A stretch of 63,821 nucleotides of DNA, filler included, from Octopus bimaculoides (GCF_001194135.2; 6 parts of 6 records of this genome joined end to end with filler, not necessarily neighbours in it), one strand, 5' to 3'. Counted from the first letter of the whole stretch, positions 23,751 through 38,243 are shown. Numbers and translations are program-made. Notes: generated from the letters alone by a model not told the origin.

Positions 23751-25906
23751 TACGGAACAGCCATGTTGATGTGGTGACAAACATTACTTCTTAGTATAGT
23801 TACTTCTTTCATCTCTTGTAGAGATTCTCTAACTAACTACTTTGCTTATCCAAGAATAGTCTTTCTGATATTTTCTTGTTGTCATTTCTGTTCTTGATTT
23901 CATAAACTGGTTCCCCTCTAGGAGAATGGTGGTACAGGATTAATCAGTCGTATATAAAATATCAAAATTGTTTTCGCTTTTCAAACTTTAGTACAGATTA
24001 ATTACTCCTGAAACCCTGCTGGAATTCAGCCTTCAGCAGAATTTGGTCTCCCGACCGTAAGTTATCTGATAAAAAAAAAACAATATTTTCTCATTTAGCT
24101 TTGAATTTCATTTAACTCTGAAACGGCCACTGGCTCTCTGATACAAATCCTCTGTTTTAAAATAATCTAAAAGCCTTACATCAAAATTTCATGTTAATTC
24201 ATGCTCCACACACCATCTTGATGACGACAAAGATATTTTCACAAATTCTTTATGTTTATTTCAACATAAATATATTAAGGAAATGTTTTGATATTTTTGT
24301 ATTATTGAAGAATTATGAACAGTAAAAATTATAAGAACAGGTCGATAGCCAACACTTTTAGTTGTTCAGAACCAGTCAGTACTTAGAGAATACGTCAAGA
24401 TATTCTTTAAATAAAGATGACCAGCTTCAGAAATTAAAGTGGAATCTTTCCCCTCAAGAAAATGCGAAACAACAACCTAATGACACAGGAGATGGACTCT
24501 ACTTTCATTTTCTGGTATATATATTTACGTCAGCTGGAAAGATTAGTTTTCTGTCCACAGATTGGACAAACTGTTTGTGCGGTATTTAAATTAAACTTGT
24601 ATGAACTAAGAGTCTACTTCATAATTTAAAAGAACATTTCACATCTAAAATAGAACCACAAAGCTGAACGCTGTTTTCGAACTCTTCCTAGGATCTTTGT
24701 CTTTTATGGGAAGAATGAGGCACAAGCAAACAGCCTTTTTCTTGAAAAATGTTTTGATAGAAACTTAACTTATTTAAGCCGATGCTGGCAGATGGTAGTT
24801 CTATCAATGGAAAAATTTATATAATTTTATATAAATTATAATAATAAAAGAGAGACAGCTATTTTCATATTGTACCAAAACATTTACAACATAGAGAAAT
24901 GAGTATAAAGATTTATATAATTTTAACAGAAAAATTGGAGGCTCAGAAGTGCGAAAGTTCATAGAAAGGTATAATCCTGAAAGTTCATTCTGTAATGTCA
25001 ATTGAGACATAAATTATCCAGAATTAGTTTTGAAAAGGACGTTTTAATGTTAGAACTCGCCTTAGACAGATTTCAAAAGAATTTAGAATGAAAACGAATT
25101 TGAACGATATAAATATATAAAAAAAAAGTCAACTGTGAAAAGGTATTTATTTTCTATCAGATATTAATTGGTAATAAAACAGCATTAAGAATAACAGTCA
25201 TCAATAGTTAATCTTTAGACTACTACAGAGGAACTTCAGTTGACTGATATCGAAATGTGATGATGGAGGTGAAGAGCTCGTCAGGTAGAGTTGTCAGATG
25301 ATAATACTTAGTATATGAACTGTTATGAACTGTTAGTTCACTTTCAAAATGTGTCGGTGCAGAATAATTTTCGAAATGAAAACACAAAGCAGTTTAGGAT
25401 AATCACAAACAAATCTCAATGTACTTCAGGCGAAGAGCTTTATTTTAATTAGAGACGGGATAATATAATCACTACAACATGTTTTATCATACTGAGAGTG
25501 ATAAAACTCCAAGTAAAGCATGAACTTAGAAGACTTTTTTCAAAACTGACAAAATAGGAACTAAAATACATGTGGGAAGAATCTCTATCGTATCCATCAT
25601 ATTAACAGGTTAAATCATTTCATGGCATGAGCAGGAAATATCAAATAGGAGTTTTATGGACAATTTGCGCCAATCTCTTTTATTGTTGCTTAACGCAGTA
25701 TGGTTTTTGTACTTAAGAAACTTCCGCATCCAAATGAAGGACCAAAAACATTCAACTACATTGATATTATTGGCAAAAACACTCAGCATGGAAATGAACG
25801 ACCACCAAAGCTAAAGCGTGGTGCAGCAGAAATTCCTGGCACTGCATTGCGAAACATCTCGTTAGCGGCTGCTCGAAGATCTCAACATCAGTAGAAGTAC
25901 ATTGCT

Positions 25907-26016
25907 TTATGCTGCCAGTCGGAGGAGAGGTATGTGGCCGTGGTCTCCAACCAGCCCTCCATGGCTGGTTAAACCGATACTTCTGATATTCAGCTTGAAC
26001 AGATCCAGGTCAACGT
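25907..26016 (-). CDS. Candidate terminal coding exon (xVDLDLFKLNIRSIGLTSHGGLVGDHGHIPLLRLAA*)
   Basis: Acceptor tttttatattacttttccttacag ends at 26017; only one frame is open, to TAA at 25907; AATAAA at 25684-25679. No homology recognised, and the pyrimidine tract abuts a LINE end. Confidence 0.3.
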
Positions 26017-26049
26017 CTGTAAGGAAAAGTAATATAAAAAAATAATAAT

Positions 26050-26330
26050 ATAAACGTAAGCAGAATTGTAGATATTGGAACATTTTAGGGATGGAAGATT
26101 GAACATGAGGATTAGCAAGGATCATGGGAAGGAAGACACAGCAGTGAACATTACGAGAAAAGGGTGGAGTGTGTCGGATGTGCTTATGTGGAAGTGGTGT
26201 GCCTTTGGCCAGCTTTGAGAAAGAGAGGAATAGAGGCCGTTATAGTAGCGGTAGATGACACAGTAAAGATACAGTGATTCTATGAGATCGAGATTGGAGT
26301 GTGAGTGGACAGAGTGATTGAGTAACTGAG
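26050..26330 (-). mobile_element. 3' end of an L2/Jockey-group LINE (degenerate)
   Basis: Minus translation SLYLYCVIYRYYNGLYSSLSQ resembles SL.LFYRYYNG.CSSEL; related to 12000-12340. Confidence 0.5.
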
Positions 26331-26807
26331 TGATACTCTTTTAATGACTCATCTGATACGTTTTTGAGATCGATAAGTTATTGAGATCGATACGAAGTTG
26401 AATGACTGAGAAAATGTTCCTGCTGGATAAAAGAGCAATGAAAAGCAAGATAATACTGTTGTTTTCAATAGGAAATAATACCTTTATATTAGCTTAGGAA
26501 ATAGATTGACTTAGGAAGAACAAAGAGGTCAATTTCGATTCCTTAACACATTCTGTTATAAATTAAAACGTTCATAATCGTTGATTGGATTGCAGGCTTC
26601 AAAAACAAAAATAGAAAACACCAAAGACTATATTACATGAAGCAGAATTTCTCTGTATATAATTACAATGAAAATAAGACAGAGGAATCTAGTGGCTAGG
26701 TTGATAGGCTGCTGAGTAAATACGTATTTCACATAACTCCAAAAGGATATTGTGCTTTACATCTATTACTAAGAAATTGAAATACAACTTGCTCGTTTCG
26801 TCCACCG

Positions 26808-26842
<35 letters not shown>

Positions 26843-26855
26843 GGAAGAGATGCAA

Positions 26856-27450
26856 CCCTGTAAGAGGTGTTTCGCCATCTTGCAGTTTAGAATAGAAATA
26901 TGATTGTAATCTGTTGCTGTTTAGCCTCGGGACACATCTAATCGAGCTGACTCATAATCAAAGACGTTCCAACCGTGACCAACGTATCAATTTCTAGTTT
27001 TTGTGATTTGTTCGTTTGTTTTTATTTAAATCCAGTTCAGCGAGAGACCCATTATCAAAGGTCTTCCTGCCATGGCCATCGCGTTGATTATTGTCAAACA
27101 TAATAAGATTATGACAAGGTTATTTAAAGTGTCTTTCCTTTTCTTTAAGAGTGTACGACTAATGAAGGTAAGTGGTGAAAGTGTTGAGATTACGAACGTA
27201 TCGATACGGGTTCGATTCTTGAACCGAAATGTGTTTTGTGATCGTCATTTCACGTCGCTCCACCCTTGTTATGAATTCGTAGCCAACAAACGAAACAAAT
27301 CACAAAAACTAGAAATTGATACGTTGGTCACGGTTGGAACGTCATTGATTTTGAGTCAGCTCGATTAGATGTGTCCCGAGGCCAAACGGTAACAGATTAT
27401 AATCATATCTCTATTCTAAACTGCAAGATGGCGAAACACCTGTTACAGGG
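26856..27450. repeat. Inverted duplication with 165-bp arms (26856-27020 and 27285-27450) and a 264-bp spacer
   Basis: Arms differ by 8 substitutions and 1 indel by my count; no TSD seen. Confidence 0.93.
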
Positions 27451-29055
27451 CAGCCGCGTGGGAGAAATAAGCCCGCAACGGTCTGACATTCTGTTTAGGA
27501 AATGGGTCTTATACTCTCAGCTACTCAAAGGTCTCGGAAACCCTGTAAACCCGAATACGCTCCATCCTCAAAAACCTGTAGACTCGAGACAAATTTCCAG
27601 AGTATAACCGATGGAAGAATTGACTGCTATTTCAGCTAATTATTGCCAATACGTTTAGGCTCCCTTGCTGGCTCGTGTTTAAAAAGAGACAACAACACCT
27701 GAGCTAATAAGCCCTAGAACCGTTCATTGTAGACACAGATATGACCAAGAATTAGTCGCAGAAATACAGAACAAGACAAGTGTGAAAGTGTATAAAGATG
27801 CAATGATGGATGGAAACAATTGCATAAAAGTTGCCTGTAGCATCTCAGAAATAATAATTCTGTCGATTTCAGTTATTTTACGCTTGTAAAGAAATATAAA
27901 TTGGATGTATATTGTTCGTGTGTATGTGCGCGTGTATATGTGAGTGCTGCTGTAGTATGTGTGTGTGTGCAGTTTTATATAATTATATCAATAAATAATT
28001 CTCACACCGTTTCTCTCAGAAGACGCAACAAATTTTTAAAAAAGGTTATGTGTATATATATGTATATATNNNNNNNNNNNNNNNNNNNNNNNNNNNNNNN
28101 NNNNNNNNNNNNNNNNNNNNNNNNNNNNNNNNNNNNNNNNNNNNNNNNNNNNNNNNNNNNNNNNNNNNNNNNNNNNNNNNNNNNNNNNNNNNNNNNNNNN
28201 NNNNNNNNNNNNNNNNNNNNNNNNNNNNNNNNNNNNNNNNNNNNNNNNNNNATATATATATATATATATATATATACGTGTGTATATATATATATATACA
28301 TATGTATAAAGACATACATGAATATATACATATAAACAAATATGCATATATTGATATATGGGCACACACATACAAGACACACACACACACACATACACAC
28401 ACACACATATATATATACATACATATACGTACATATATGCACATAAGCATGCATAATTTCTTATTAATATTAGCATAACAGATGTATGCATATGTACGTG
28501 TGAATATGATACAACATATTGTCCGTACACGGACACAAGGATACATTTGCCTCTCTTAATAACTAAATATGTAATTATCTGTACGCATGTACCAACGTAC
28601 ACAAATACATACATATATATGTGTTTGTGTGTGTGTGTTTGCGTTTCTGTGCGTTTGAATACAAGCTAACATTCATACATATACAATGCTTACATATATA
28701 TACATTTATAGATGCATATCTGGATACATTTGAACGTGAGTTGTATGTTTTGTGATGTTGTGAATAAGTGCATTAATTTATTGAAGACTTCAGATTTCAT
28801 TTTGGGCACCATTTTTTTTTCCTTCTTACTTAGAGAATTTTAAATATATATCATATTGAATTAGAATCTACCAACACAAACAAGAATATACACTATACAT
28901 GTATCAAATTAAAGATTACCAGAAGAAATATTATTTTGAAAAAAAAAAATTCACAGATGTGTTGCAATTTTTGATCTTCTGTAAGCTGTCCTTTTCTTTA
29001 GTTCATTGTAATTTTCTCACGATAACAGTTACTTTTACGTGTGTATGCGCGTGCT

Positions 29056-29106
<51 letters not shown>

Positions 29107-30093
29107 NNNNNNNNNNNNNNNNNNNNNNNNNNNNNNNNNNNNNNNNNNNNNNNNNNNNNNNNNNNNNNNNNNNNNNNNNNNNNNNNNNNNNNNNNNNNNN
29201 NNNNNNNNNNNNNNNNNNNNNNNNNNNNNNNNNNNNNNNNNNNNNNNNNNNNNNNNNNNNNNNNNNNNNNNNNNNNNNNNNNNNNNNNNNNNNNNNNNNN
29301 NNNNNNNNNNNNNNNNNNNNNNNNNNNNNNNNNNNNNNNNNNNNNNNNNNNNNNNNNNNNNNNNNNNNNNNNNNNNNNNNNNNNNNNNNNNNNNNNNNNN
29401 NNNNNNNNNNNNNNNNNNNNNNNNNNNNNNNNNNNNNNNNNNNNNNNNNNNNNNNNNNNNNNNNNNNNNNNNNNNNNNNNNNNNNNNNNNNNNNNNNNNN
29501 NNNNNNNNNNNNNNNNNNNNNNNNNNNNNNNNNNNNNNNNNNNNNNNNNNNNNNNNNNNNNNNNNNNNNNNNNNNNNNNNNNNNNNNNNNNNNNNNNNNN
29601 NNNNNNNNNNNNNNNNNNNNNNNNNNNNNNNNNNNNNNNNNNNNNNNNNNNNNNNNNNNNTATATATATATATTAACTGATGCAGTTGATTTTGTTGAGC
29701 ATAAATTTGAATATATGATTTAACAATTAGTCAAAATGTTAAGTATAGTAACACATGCACACATAGGATTATAGTATATACACACACACACAATCATCTA
29801 TATATATATATATATATACATATATATACATACGTACACGCACAGTTGTAAGCTGTTATACGGGAAAACGTCCGTACATATGTCGGTGAATATATATTGT
29901 TTTTCAAGAGCTAATGTGCTTCCATATACATACTAGTGTAAATATGTGTGTGTCTTATGCAAGTGTGTTTATGTGCGTACCTGTGTCTGTGAGTGTGCGT
30001 GTGCGCGCGGGAATGGGTGTGTGTGTGTAAGTGCGGTGATATCTAAATGTATGCATATGATGAACAAAAACTGTCTGGGAGAGAGGGGGACGG

Positions 30094-30140
<47 letters not shown>

Positions 30141-32421
30141 AACAGAGATAAAGGGAGAGAGAGAGACAGACAGTGAGAGGGAAGGGGGAATGGAGGGAGG
30201 GTGGGATGGAAGAAAAGATTATTTACCTTCAAAATTGAAAAGAAAATCTATTGAATAATTTCCTGTCGAATTATATTTCATCCATTACACACACACACAC
30301 ATGCATACACACACACGCACGCACGCACACATACTCACGCACATATACATACACACATGCATACTGTGCGTGTGTATACTAACACAGGTATATGTTTATG
30401 TATGAATATATATACAGTATATATATGTATATAGGTGTATATATATGTATGTATTTATATATATTTACACATATATGTCTATATAAATATGTATATATAT
30501 ATGTTCACATACGTGTTTATGTACGAATATATATACAGTATATGAATATATATATACAGTATATGAATATAGGTGTATAAGTATGTATGTATATATGTTT
30601 ACACATATATGTATATGCATTTACACACGTGTTTATGTATGAGTATATATACAGAATATATATTTAGGTGCATAGATATGTATGTATATATATTTAGACA
30701 TATATGTATATAATATTTACACACGTGTTTATGTGTAAATATATATACAGTATATGTATATAGGTGTATAAATATGTATGTTTGTAAGAATGTATATATA
30801 TATTTACACATACGTAACACTACATATCTGTAAAAATTAATGCTCACATGTTCATAGTACGTCTATATATTTATGTATGCATGTGTATAATTAAATTTTC
30901 CATACTTGTGCCGTTCATGCACAAATAATACATATCTATACATGTACACCTATGTACGCACATATTTTATATATATTTGTATGTGTGTAAATATATATAT
31001 ATATATATATATANNNNNNNNNNNNNNNNNNNNNNNNNNNNNNNNNNNNNNNNNNNNNNNNNNNNNNNNNNNNNNNNNNNNNNNNNNNNNNNNNNNNNNN
31101 NNNNNNNNNNNNNNNNNNNNNNNNNNNNNNNNNNNNNNNNNNNNNNNNNNNNNNNNNNNNNNNNNNNNNNNNNNNNNNNNNNNNNNNNNNNNNNNNNNNN
31201 NNNNNNNNNNNNNNNNNNNNNNNNNNNNNNNNNNNNNNNNNNNNNNNNNNNNNNNNNNNNNNNNNNNNNNNNNNNNNNNNNNNNNNNNNNNNNNNNNNNN
31301 NNNNNNNNNNNNNNNNNNNNNNNNNNNNNNNNNNNNNNNNNNNNNNNNNNNNNNNNNNNNNNNNNNNNNNNNNNNNNNNNNNNNNNNNNNNNNNNNNNNN
31401 NNNNNNNNNNNNNNNNNNNNNNNNNNNNNNNNNNNNNNNNNNNNNNNNNNNNNNNNNNNNNNNNNNNNNNNNNNNNNNNNNNNNNNNNNNNNNNNNNNNN
31501 NNNNNNNNNNNNNNNNNNNNNNNNNNNNNNNNNNNNNNNNNNNNNNNNNNNNNNNNNNNNNNNNNNNNNNNNNNNNNNNNNNNNNNNNNNNNNNNNNNNN
31601 NNNNNNNNNNNNNNNNNNNNNNNNNNNNNNNNNNNNNNNNNNNNNNNNNNNNNNNNNNNNNNNNNNNNNNNNNNNNNNNNNNNNNNNNNNNNNNNNNNNN
31701 NNNNNNNNNNNNNNNNNNNNNNNNNNNNNNNNNNNNNNNNNNNNNNNNNNNNNNNNNNNNNNNNNNNNNNNNNNNNNNNNNNNNNNNNNNNNNNNNNNNN
31801 NNNNNNNNNNNNNNNNNNNNNNNNNNNNNNNNNNNNNNNNNNNNNNNNNNNNNNNNNNNNNNNNNNNNNNNNNNNNNNNNNNNNNNNNNNNNNNNNNNNN
31901 NNNNNNNNNNNNNNNNNNNNNNNNNNNNNNNNNNNNNNNNNNNNNNNNNNNNNNNNNNNNNNNNTATACACGCATACATGCATATATACGTATAGATATA
32001 TGCATATGTATATGAGCGAGTCTCTCCGTGCTTCTACCATAGCATATTCTTCTTCTATACACATAAGCAAAGTGAAGTATATGATAAATACTAAAGTCAG
32101 TTAACCATGTATAACAAACTAATTTATTGTTTCGTCACGAAATTCTAAATCAATATTTTATGTAAAATAAGAATATAAAAGAAACTTTATAGAAGAAGAA
32201 GAAGAAGAGTCTATTATTTATACTTTACAAAGATGGAGACGAAGAACGAGCAATGCAGACACATAAGTATAGAGACGCATGCGCACGTACACACATGTTC
32301 GCACACACATACACACCCGCGCGCACACACACACGTGCACAGATACACGCTCATATATACATTATATGTATATATATATATACATATAATGTATATATAA
32401 TGTATATATAATGTATATATA

Positions 32422-32469
<48 letters not shown>

Positions 32470-32978
32470 ACTGACATACACATGTACATGCACATACTGA
32501 CACACACACAGACACGCAGGCATACACACGCACCCATATTGAACATGCACACACATACACATATACATATCTATATACTGCCATACACACATACTGACAT
32601 AGATAAATATGACACACAGAGACATACATACACATACATACACACGCTCACACACATACGCGCGCGCGCACACACAGACGCTCGCGAGCGCGCGTACGCT
32701 GGGATAGTACGAAAGTGCTTATAGCAACAGCAAAAGAACGATAAAATAGAAAGATTTGAAGGATAAAAATCAATTGGCATTTTATAAAAATGTATTTTCA
32801 ACTCCATTTCTATCTGTTCAAAGTTTCTTCTTGGTTTTATTCTGTATTTAATTCAATATTATTTGATTTTAGATGTACTTCTTAAGCACATTGAAATATG
32901 TTATTGTGTGTGTATATACATATATATGTATGTTTCTGCGAGTATATATATGTTTCATTATATTCCTATGCGTATCCG

Positions 32979-33024
<46 letters not shown>

Positions 33025-33048
33025 CATCGTTTTTTCTCTCTTTCACTC

Positions 33049-33091
<43 letters not shown>

Positions 33092-33769
33092 GTGCATATA
33101 TATATATATGTGTGTGTGTGTATGTATATTTGTATGTATATATACATATATATGTATGTATATGTATTTATATGTATGTATATTTAATTCATATATATAT
33201 GTATATATATATATATATATATATNNNNNNNNNNNNNNNNNNNNNNNNNNNNNNNNNNNNNNNNNNNNNNNNNNNNNNNNNNNNNNNNNNNNNNNNNNNN
33301 NNNNNNNNNNNNNNNNNNNNNNNNNNNNNNNNNNNNNNNNNNNNNNNNNNNNNNNNNNNNNNNNNNNNNNNNNNNNNNNNNNNNNNNNNNNNNNNNNNNN
33401 NNNNNNNNNNNNNNNNNNNNNNNNNNNNNNNNNNNNNNNNNNNNNNNNNNNNNNNNNNNNNNNNNNNNNNNNNNNNNNNNNNNNNNNNNNNNNNNNNNNN
33501 NNNNNNNNNNNNNNNNNNNNNNNNNNNNNNNNNNNNNNNNNNNNNNNNNNNNNNNNNNNNNNNNNNNNNNNNNNNNNNNNNNNNNNNNNNNNNNNNNNNN
33601 NNNNNNNNNNNNNNNNNNNNNNNNNNNNNNNNNNNNNNNNNNNNNNNNNNNNNNNNNNNNNNNNNNNNNNNNNNNNNNNNNNNNNNNNNNNNNNNNNNNN
33701 NNNNNNNNNNNNNNNNNNNNNNNNNNNNNNNNNNNNNNNNNNNNNNNNNNNNNNNNNNNNNNNNNNNNN

Positions 33770-33828
<59 letters not shown>

Positions 33829-34390
33829 TAACAGAGAAAAAGTAAGGGCAAAATAGCGTGTAACCATGTGCGTATGTTTACGCGCATGCCCGCAATGTGC
33901 TTGTGCGTACGTGTGTCTGCGAATGTCTCCGTGTAAAGACATGGACGGACATATCTCTACACACAGACATTTCTACATTTCTGCACCTACTTCTTCTCAC
34001 AGCACGCATTTGGAAGCACATGCATATACATGCTTATACGCCTGTATTTGCTGTATAGGCCTGTATGTCTGAATGAGTCTGTGTGTGAGTGAGCGTGTGT
34101 GTGTGTGTCAATGTGCATGCGTTTGTGTATGTACGTGTGTATAAGTACTGCGTGTGCGCGTGCGAGCCTGAGCGCGTCAATCTTGGCTTGAGTTATGGAT
34201 ATAAGGGAGAGCGCCAGAGAAGAGTCTTTTCATGAAACTAATTCATTTAAACTTGGTTAAGAAATGAGTTTATATTGTTTGATACTGTTTGATGTTGTTT
34301 TATATAAGTGAATGGCAGAGATTCGGTGACTTTGTACTTTCTTTTCAAATAAATCAGCCAAATTATGCATCCCCACCACCAAATATGCAT

Positions 34391-34445
<55 letters not shown>

Positions 34446-35092
34446 TATATATATATATATATATANNNNNNNNNNNNNNNNNNNNNNNNNNNNNNNNNNN
34501 NNNNNNNNNNNNNNNNNNNNNNNNNNNNNNNNNNNNNNNNNNNNNNNNNNNNNNNNNNNNNNNNNNNNNNNNNNNNNNNNNNNNNNNNNNNNNNNNNNNN
34601 NNNNNNNNNNNNNNNNNNNNNNNNNNNNNNNNNNNNNNNNNNNNNNNNNNNNNNNNNNNNNNNNNNNNNNNNNNNNNNNNNNNNNNNNNNNNNNNNNNNN
34701 NNNNNNNNNNNNNNNNNNNNNNNNNNNNNNNNNNNNNNNNNNNNNNNNNNNNNNNNNNNNNNNNNNNNNNNNNNNNNNNNNNNNNNNNNNNNNNNNNNNN
34801 NNNNNNNNNNNNNNNNNNNNNNNNNNNNNNNNNNNNNNNNNNNNNNNNNNNNNNNNNNNNNNNNNNNNNNNNNNNNNNNNNNNNNNNNNNNNNNNNNNNN
34901 NNNNNNNNNNNNNNNNNNNNNNNNNNNNNNNNNNNNNNNNNNNNNNNNNNNNNNNNNNNNNNNNNNNNNNNNNNNNNNNNNNNNNNNNNNNNNNNNNNNN
35001 NNNNNNNNNNNNNNNNNNNNNNNNNNNNNNNNNNNNNNNNNNNNNNNNNNNNNNNNNNNNNNNNNNNNNNNNNNNNNNNNNNNNNNNNNNNN

Positions 35093-35139
<47 letters not shown>

Positions 35140-35896
35140 CGAAAAACAGATATATAGAGAAAGTTAAAATTGAAGACAAAACATGGAAAAGTAGGAAAAT
35201 AATAACGAAAGCAAAACAAAGAAAAATGTTTTCGCCATTTGTAAACTGTCAATCGCCATGTTGGATTGTTTGAAATTTTTCTCTCTTACTTATTTCTTTA
35301 TACACATAAATTTCTTCCCTCTCTTTCTCCCTCTCTCTGTCTGTCTGTCTCTTTCACACACATACAGACAGGCGCACTCACACACTCTCTGTCTCTCTGT
35401 CCTTCTCACTCTCTCTCTCTCTCTGTCCTTCTCACTCTCTCTCTCTCTCTCTCTCGCCTTTTCCGTCCATCCCTCTTTGTCACTCTTCAATTCATATCGC
35501 AATCTCTTACCTCCCCTGTTTCAGTTTTAAACTATATTCGTTTTACTTCCTTCTCTCTTCTTCCCCCCACCCCCACATCTCTCCCTCTTCTGTCTCTCTC
35601 AACGAATGTATCTTCTCATGTACCAGTCTTTTCGTATTCGAACTTTTGGACTCCTTCTTAAGCTCCAAGAAGCCCAGCTCCATAGAACTCTCTTATGCTG
35701 CTTAATAGAACATTTGACACAAACTTAGCCTCTGAGAGCATACGAGCTCACCAGAAGTTCTTAAATTCAACCTCAGTTATTTCCTTTTGCCAAGCTTAGA
35801 TGAGTACTGCATTGTCCTGGATCCGTTTAATATCATATAGTTATTAGCGTTTATATTTCAGCATGTATATTTCAATATTAATTACACGATAGAAGT

Positions 35897-36064
35897 CAAG
35901 GAGTGGCTGTGTGGTAAGTAGCCTGCTTACCAACCACATGGTTCCAGGTTCAGTCCCACTGCGTGGCACCTTGGGTAAGTGTCTTCTACTCTAGCCTCGG
36001 ACCGACCAAAGCCTTGTCAGTGGATTTGGTAGGCGGAAACTGAAAGAAGCCCGTCGTATATATG

Positions 36065-36115
<51 letters not shown>

Positions 36116-36278
36116 NNNNNNNNNNNNNNNNNNNNNNNNNNNNNNNNNNNNNNNNNNNNNNNNNNNNNNNNNNNNNNNNNNNNNNNNNNNNNNNNNNNNN
36201 NNNNNNNNNNNNNNNNNNNNNNNNNNNNNNNNNNNNNNNNNNNNNNNNNNNNNNNNNNNNNNNNNNNNNNNNNNNNNN

Positions 36279-36314
<36 letters not shown>

Positions 36315-36516
36315 TATGTGTTTGTTCCCCCACCATCGCTTGACAACCGATGGTGGTGTGTTTACGTCCCGTAACTTAGCGGTTTGGCAAAAGCGACCGA
36401 TAGAATAATAAGTACTAGGCTTACAAAGAATAAGTCCTGGGGTTGATTTGCTCGACTAAAGGCAGTGCTCCAGCATGGCCACAGTCAAATGACTGAAACA
36501 AGTAAAAGAGTAAAAG
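35897..36516 (+). mobile_element. SINE family A, full length, with an assembly gap inside its microsatellite
   Basis: Head at 35897-36058, then (TA)n-gap-(TG)n, then 3' module ending caagtaaaagagtaaaag. Confidence 0.92.
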
Positions 36517-36744
36517 TGTATCCCTTCTGAAAACTAGCTATATGATAATGAATATCAGACCCGACATTGGTACTAGAGGCAATAGTAACCTTTAACACGT
36601 CTTTATATTTTGTTGCACTCGCATCTATATAGTAAATTTATACAGTACTAAATTTATCACTATATTGTAAATTTATTCTTTACTGTGCTCCCATTTATAT
36701 AGTAAATTTATATTGTACCTAATTCTTGCAGCTTTAGTAGATTT

Positions 36745-36895
36745 GGTTCCAAATTTTGGCACAAGGCCACTAGTTTCAAAGGATGGGTAAATCGATGAGA
36801 TAAATATTAGTTCTCAACTGGTATTTATTCTTTTGATCGCGAAAGACTGAAAGGCAAAAATCGTTCTCGGCGGAATTCGAACTCAGAACGTAAAC
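36745..36895 (-). mobile_element. SINE family B, 5'-truncated and diverged
   Basis: aaattttggcacaaggcc...gaaaggcaaa...ctcggcggaattcgaactcagaacgtaa matches the other copies. Confidence 0.75.
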
Positions 36896-37149
36896 AGATG
36901 TTGTAGATCTACGAACGGCCAGAATCGTTAGAGAGTTGGATATAATGCCTGATAGCAGTTGCTCCGATTTCTGTGCTCAAATCCCACTGAAGTCAACTTT
37001 GCATTTTCTTCTTTTTTCTTTCGGAGTTGATGAAAAAGAAAAGGTATCCAATCTTTTGGATGGTTTGGCGAAACTGTTAAGAACGTCAGATGGGATTCTA
37101 TGTTGTATGTATTCTGGCCTTTTTTGCGATTTTATAGCAATACATAACT

Positions 37150-37783
37150 CAGGTCACTTGCACGATCTCTCATGAGTGCGACTGGTAATATGGAATCCAT
37201 TACAACCTGTTGTATGGTCGGGTCGTCGGCGATAAACCGGCACCCCTTCGAGGCTTTACTGGTGAGGTGTGCAGGATTAGAAACAAGACCTGTGAAAAGA
37301 ACAGGTGAACCTAGTGTAGATTCAATGACTATATAGCAATAACACGGGCTCTCACAGATTCCTGGTTGATATCCGGTTATGCTGGGAAACCACTGAGTGA
37401 GACACCTCTTAGATTTTGTTAAAGCGTTTCTCTAGAACCTACTTCAAGCCCAGGCTGCATCTGCTCCGATAATCGACAGTAAGTTGGTCAGTGAATCCTC
37501 TGCGATCGCCAACAATCGACATCAAGATGCGCTGCGACAGATCACAATATTCCAAAGTGTGTATGCACGTGACCGGGGACCACGTGTGAACTGGTATTCC
37601 CACTGAAACTCCGAATATGACCTTCGGTGCTGGCTCAACCCACACCGGGTGGATGACGTCGCAAGTAGAAAAAAAGTGGGAGAAATACATGCAACGACTC
37701 TGGTGTCAAGACAGTGGTCTTTCACTCGGACAACACCGATGGCGTGGCGAGATGAGACTCGCAAGCATGGGCAACAGCCAGTC

Positions 37784-37790
<7 letters not shown>
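37150..37790. promoter_or_regulatory. CpG-rich unique segment with two CACGTG E-boxes and a TGACGTC (CRE-like) site
   Basis: Visibly GC/CpG-richer than flanks; CACGTG twice at about 37566 and 37581; TGACGTC at about 37654. Function is inference. Confidence 0.25.
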
Positions 37791-37822
<32 letters not shown>

Positions 37823-38243
37823 GAGAGAGAGAGAGATAAAGAGAGAGAGAGAGAGAGTCAATGAGAGGTAGGTAGCTGGAAAGTGAGGTTTTGCGTACAT
37901 ATGGAGGCACGTGGTCCAACCTCGTCGACAGAGAGTTTAGACAGTAAAATTATTAATTGTGAACAGTAGAGTGCGTATACAGAAGCTTGATATGCTATAA
38001 CTAGCACCTAAATCGTTTTAACTCACAGCACTATATATACTAATTTAAGGAGTAAAAATAAATGGGATAATAAAACATTGCGTGGAAAGGCATTTGTGTT
38101 GGCAATGGTTGGATTGCTTTACTCTCTTCTAGAACAAGGCATATATGGATCTATACTGCAACACCAAAAAATTAATAATAATAAAGCGTCCATGGAAGAA
38201 GTCGCTACGCCATTGTTCAACCTGCCAGAAATAGCAGTAAAAA

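Noticed and set aside
25250-25300. C/D-box snoRNA (GTGATGA)
   Set aside because: No D box (CTGA) or terminal stem at a suitable distance.
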